Of a stretch of 37,211 nt of DNA, positions 35,030-37,211 are shown one piece after another. Numbering within the stretch: position 1 is the stretch's first letter; every line of letters starts with the position of its first letter. The stretch comes from a virus: IMG/VR virus record IMGVR_UViG_3300045988_151330, positions 1-37,211 of that record; one strand, written 5' to 3'. Under the pieces are notes generated by a model, which worked only from the letters and a program-made list of their open reading frames with translations, was not told where the DNA came from and searched no databases. The translations under genes and the position numbers were made by a program.

Positions 35030-35523
35030 GTTATAAAACGGTTCCTAGATCGAAAGCTCAAATAAGAGGCTTTGTTAATAGGGTAAGAGAAATATTTGGA
35101 ATAGGTCCCAAAGATAAACTTCCTGTGCTAAGCATATTAGAGGCCTTATGTAGTGGCCTTGATGATGGTGGGTATACTTTAGAAATAGTACCTATTGACA
35201 GCATGCGTGAGAGATATGCTGAAACTATACCAGAAAGTAAAATAGTGAGGATAAGACAGGATGTATACGATAGAGAAAATCCCAGAGATTTATTTACAGT
35301 ATGTCATGAAATAGGACACATATTACTTCATTCTAATGATACTGTTTCTTTTGCTAGAGAAAATGAACATGTGAAGACTTATGAAAATCCTGAATGGCAA
35401 GCTAATACATTTGCAGCTGAATTTTTAGCTCCTGCAAATATGTGTAGAAAAATGTCGATAGAGGAAATCATGAATACATATGGTTGTTCTAGGCAAGTTG
35501 CAATTATTCAACACGAAGGCTAA
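35026..35523 (+). CDS. ImmA/IrrE-family (DUF955) zinc metallopeptidase (CapP-like)
   Basis: HEIGH motif in LFTVCHEIGHILLHS plus a downstream AAEFLAP. GTG start behind AAGGAGG. Confidence 0.7.
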   Translation: MSYKTVPRSKAQIRGFVNRVREIFGIGPKDKLPVLSILEALCSGLDDGGYTLEIVPIDSMRERYAETIPESKIVRIRQDVYDRENPRDLFTVCHEIGHILLHSNDTVSFARENEHVKTYENPEWQANTFAAEFLAPANMCRKMSIEEIMNTYGCSRQVAIIQHEG

Positions 35524-35691
35524 CGCTTTATAGCTACCAAGCAGCTTAAAAGTTTGGACAAATGCAAAAAGATTTGAAGCAATAACTTCAAACCTTTAAT
35601 TTTGATAATGATATATTCACTACCTGACAATAGTAGTATACCATAGTCAATTTATAATTTGCAAGAGTTATTTTATAAAGGAGGAGTACTT

Positions 35692-35826
35692 ATGGTATAT
35701 ATACCAGAGGAAGAGATGCGTGATATTTTCTGTACAGAGTATATACATTATCGTACAAAGAAGGTAATGAGAGCTTCAGATTATGGATATAAATATTGGC
35801 ATTTCAGAACTAAAAAAAGAAAATAA
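35692..35826 (+). CDS. 44-aa basic, aromatic-rich small protein
   Basis: MVYIPEEEMRDIFCTEYIHYRTKKVMRASDYGYKYWHFRTKKRK. Very strong RBS AAAGGAGGAG 6 nt upstream. Absent from the ORF track because it is under 60 aa. Confidence 0.3.
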   Translation: MVYIPEEEMRDIFCTEYIHYRTKKVMRASDYGYKYWHFRTKKRK

Positions 35827-35962
35827 TATTTAATCTATGGGGAAATATCATGTTTGATGTTTCTCCATTTATTAATTATTCAAAATTAAATAAAGTTAAA
35901 ATTATAACACTTTCCGGAGGTGTTATTTTTTTATATAAAAAATTAAAAAGGAGAGATGAATT

Positions 35963-36175
35963 ATGAACAAAGAATTTAACAAATTAAAGGAAAAATTAGC
36001 AGAGAAATATCACGACCAGATAGATTTGATAATCAAAGTAAAAGGTGTAGATGCAGGAATAGCATTGGATATTTTAATTACATTTGAAATAAATGGTACT
36101 GGTTGTCCGTATATCAACCACGAAGAGTTTATGAAAGATTATGAAGAACTTTTAAATGCAGCAAAAAAATGCTAG
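35963..36175 (+). CDS. Hypothetical 70-aa protein
   Basis: RBS AAAAGGAGAG. Followed by a strong terminator. Confidence 0.4.
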   Translation: MNKEFNKLKEKLAEKYHDQIDLIIKVKGVDAGIALDILITFEINGTGCPYINHEEFMKDYEELLNAAKKC

Positions 36176-36183
36176 TTTGTTTG

Positions 36184-36218
36184 AGCCTATCTCTTAACGA
36201 GGTAGGCTTATTTTTTAT
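36184..36218 (+). terminator. Rho-independent terminator
   Basis: AGCCTATCTC-TTAAC-GAGGTAGGCT followed by TATTTTTT. Confidence 0.55.
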
Positions 36219-36295
36219 GAAAAATATTGTTTTTCCGCCAAAGCGAACGAATATTGTGATACTTTTTGCACATGATATTTAGGGGTGAATTTTTA

Positions 36296-36496
36296 TTGAA
36301 AATAAAGTTGTTGGTGAAAAAAATAAGAGAAGAGAAAAATATGTCATTACAAAAATTAGCTATTTTATCTGGTATTTCAAAGACTCACCTATCTGACATT
36401 GAGAGAAACTTAAAAATGCCAAGTTTGTTAGTGATGATAAAAATTTCTCGAGCATTAAAAGTGCCAATAACAGATTTATATGAGGTGTTACAATGA
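36296..36496 (+). CDS. Small XRE-family HTH protein (SinR-like size)
   Basis: LQKLAILSGISKTHLSDIERNLKMPSLLVMIKISRALKVPITDLYEVL. TTG start behind AGGGGTG. Stop overlaps the next start (ATGA). Confidence 0.55.
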   Translation: MKIKLLVKKIREEKNMSLQKLAILSGISKTHLSDIERNLKMPSLLVMIKISRALKVPITDLYEVLQ

Positions 36497-36798
36497 AAAT
36501 GGAGAAATTACGCGAAAAAATGCATTTATATATTCAAAAGTATGGGATAAATTCTAAAGAAGTGATGGATGTAAGCAAAGAATTAGATCATCTGATTTTA
36601 AAAGAATTTAAGACACAAATATGTCAAGGAACAATGCAAGCTTTAATTGAATACTCGGCAATAAACGATTTTCCAAGCACAAAAGAATGGGACGAATATG
36701 CTAAACAAAATGGATATTTATCTCATATTTCGTTGAAATATAAATTAGGTTTAAGGTGGAATGAGATTAAAAATTTAGTTATATCTAAAATATTATAA
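36493..36798 (+). CDS. Spo0E-like protein (putative Spo0A~P aspartyl-phosphate phosphatase family) with a C-terminal extension
   Basis: MEKLREKMHLYIQKYGINSKEVMDVSKELDHLILKEF matches the Spo0E-family pattern I..LR..L....G...P.VL..SQELD.LI..Y. Confidence 0.5.
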   Translation: MKMEKLREKMHLYIQKYGINSKEVMDVSKELDHLILKEFKTQICQGTMQALIEYSAINDFPSTKEWDEYAKQNGYLSHISLKYKLGLRWNEIKNLVISKIL

Positions 36799-37078
36799 AT
36801 ACATATCTTTAAGGATTTATGTCGAAAATGGATTTGATTTCTTATATTCAAATTGATATAAACAATTTGAAAGTGGGGAATTTAACATGACAATGTTTGA
36901 TAAGATTATAATTAAATTATTTAAAAAGACTTTTGAAAAAGTATATAAAAAGGGTTTGAGCGATGCATTTAATTTTCTGCAATATTCCCCCTCGCATCAC
37001 TCATAAAGATTTTACGCAATAAAAATAATAATAATTGCAATAAAGAAAAGGGCTGTAAAAAAGTTCCTTATTTAGAAC

Positions 37079-37102
37079 AAGGGTGTAATAAGGGTGTAAT
37101 TA
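37079..37102 (+). promoter_or_regulatory. Putative integrase arm-type sites next to attR (2x GGGTGTAAT)
   Basis: caAGGGTGTAATaAGGGTGTAATtaac. Related to the AGGGTGTAG pair at 165-190. Confidence 0.3.
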
Positions 37103-37160
37103 ACAATGCAATTACTCATAAATATACTTTAAAATAGCTATTTGTTAGTTTTTTGATATT

Positions 37161-37211
37161 ATCCTTGGTAAGGATGAGGTCACGGGTTCGACTCCCGTTA
37201 GAAGCTCCATA
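37161..37211. repeat. attR: attR core (51-bp direct repeat, copy 2)
   Basis: Identical to 1-51. No 5' half of a tRNA precedes it, so this copy is only the phage-derived 3' fragment. Confidence 0.85.

Noticed and set aside
34650-35061. Minus-strand ORFs 34650-34889 and 34762-35061 opposite the XRE/ImmA pair
   Set aside because: The sense genes have an HTH and HEIGH motifs, strong RBSs and a consensus promoter. The antisense frames are artefacts.
37161-37211. Possibility of a second complete tRNA gene at the right end
   Set aside because: The sequence upstream of 37161 (…tagctatttgttagttttttgatatt) cannot form the 5' acceptor, D and anticodon arms. Only the 51-nt 3' fragment is duplicated, as expected for attR.

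Overview
The window is one complete integrated temperate phage of about 37.1 kb. It is bounded by a perfect 51-bp direct repeat at 1-51 and 37161-37211 (attL/attR). The repeat is the 3' end of a tRNA gene with a long variable arm (type-II tRNA: variable-arm hairpin, T-arm GGTTCGACTCC, ...CCA). The DNA is visibly AT-rich, and the codon usage, ArpU-type late regulator, XhlA/holin/NlpC-P60 lysis genes and a Spo0E-like gene point to a spore-forming Firmicute host (Clostridia/Bacilli-like). This host assignment is inference.

Gene order, left to right:
- tRNA 3' end, a terminator, then on the minus strand the integrase, a lysogen-expressed membrane protein, and a CI/LexA-like repressor.
- An operator/promoter region.
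- On the plus strand from here onward: a cro-like HTH, a second HTH, an Xis-like protein and a LysM protein.
- A recombination module: Rad52/Sak-like SSAP, YqaJ exonuclease, NinB-like protein, HNH endonuclease, SSB.
- A replisome-organizer gene with internal iterons, an Hjc-like resolvase, many small ORFs, an RNA ligase, and an ArpU late regulator.
- TerS, TerL, portal, scaffold, major capsid.
- A virion block with no recognisable tail tube, sheath or tape measure (podovirus-like, by inference). It includes a tail-collar fibre, a Q/N-rich protein, a 1985-aa giant protein with two HExxH motifs, a collagen-like fibre, a receptor-binding protein with a duplicated domain, and a CBM5/12-like protein.
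- Lysis genes: XhlA-like, holin, and an NlpC/P60 endolysin whose conserved N-terminus has no in-frame start.
- A right-arm accessory island between the lysis genes and attR. It has a consensus sigma-A promoter, an XRE-HTH + ImmA/IrrE metallopeptidase pair (CapH/CapP-like), small basic ORFs, and an XRE-HTH + Spo0E-like phosphatase pair.

The most interesting candidates for undescribed biology are the right-arm island (34.6-36.8 kb), the giant polyvalent virion protein, and the membrane-protein moron between the integrase and the repressor. No CRISPR array, reverse transcriptase or rRNA was seen. All calls are from reading the sequence and ORF translations only; no searches were run.
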